Positions 63,521 through 64,000 of a DNA stretch of 64,000 nucleotides are shown here, piece after piece. The stretch covers positions 79,584,748-79,648,747 of the forward strand of contig NC_068985.1 of the NCBI RefSeq assembly GCF_001194135.2. The letters are read 5' to 3'. The position numbers and the translations under genes were made by a program. How positions within the stretch are numbered: the first letter of the stretch is position 1; each line of letters starts with the position of its first letter. The notes under the pieces were generated by a model. That model had not been told where the DNA came from. It did not search any database and saw nothing but the letters and a program-made list of their open reading frames with translations. This DNA comes from Octopus bimaculoides. Its lineage: Eukaryota.

Positions 63521-64000
63521 CCAGGCTCCTTACAGAGTAATGTGGACTAACCAACCATATATACATATATATGTGTGTGCGTGTGTTTGTGTGTGTATAT
63601 ATACATATGCTCACATGCATTCATACACACATATATATGTAAGCATACATAGACAAACAGCAGACATACCTACATATAAACAGACATTTACACACAGAGG
63701 AATACATGTATTATATACATAATACACATTCACAGACAGATTATGCTTTCATACTTTAAATAGATACATATGCATGCGTTATACCTGTATAATATATGTA
63801 TACATGCATTATACCCATACATACGTACATAACAGACATTGCATATATAAATAAATACATGATCAGATACTTAATACTTTACAAACATCCATATAAACAT
63901 AATACGTAATACATATATGCATTACAGCCATCCATATATCTATTGCGTAATACACTACGTACATTAAATACATATGTTACATACGTTAATCCATTCATAC

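Overview
AT-rich, microsatellite-saturated animal genomic DNA from a gapped scaffold with nine N-runs, most of them bordered by simple repeats. The repeat repertoire points to a coleoid cephalopod, most likely Octopus; this is an inference from recalled SINE/LINE families, not a database match. No host protein-coding gene can be recognised. Nearly all listed ORFs are microsatellite or gap artefacts, or pieces of decayed transposons. The window contains: (i) at least nine fragments of RLE-type (R4/Dong clade) non-LTR retrotransposons, in families tied to (AAT)n or (ACAT)n tracts; (ii) about 20 tRNA-type SINE copies in four families; (iii) Tc1/mariner elements, including one full-length decayed mariner, a DD37D-type fragment and MITEs; (iv) Penelope-like GIY-YIG remnants and hammerhead-ribozyme-like motifs; (v) Helitron-like ends, fold-back MITEs and a poorly classified DNA transposase remnant; (vi) a few unique plus-strand segments with splice signals (9.2-17.8 kb) that may be exons of an unidentified transcript. 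I found no convincing wholly new biological system. The best leads are microsatellite-specific retrotransposon families with a covarying 3' stem-loop, a near-canonical minimal hammerhead, SINE tail shuffling and inverted-repeat dsRNA substrates. Element boundaries were read by eye and are approximate unless a TIR or TSD is quoted.
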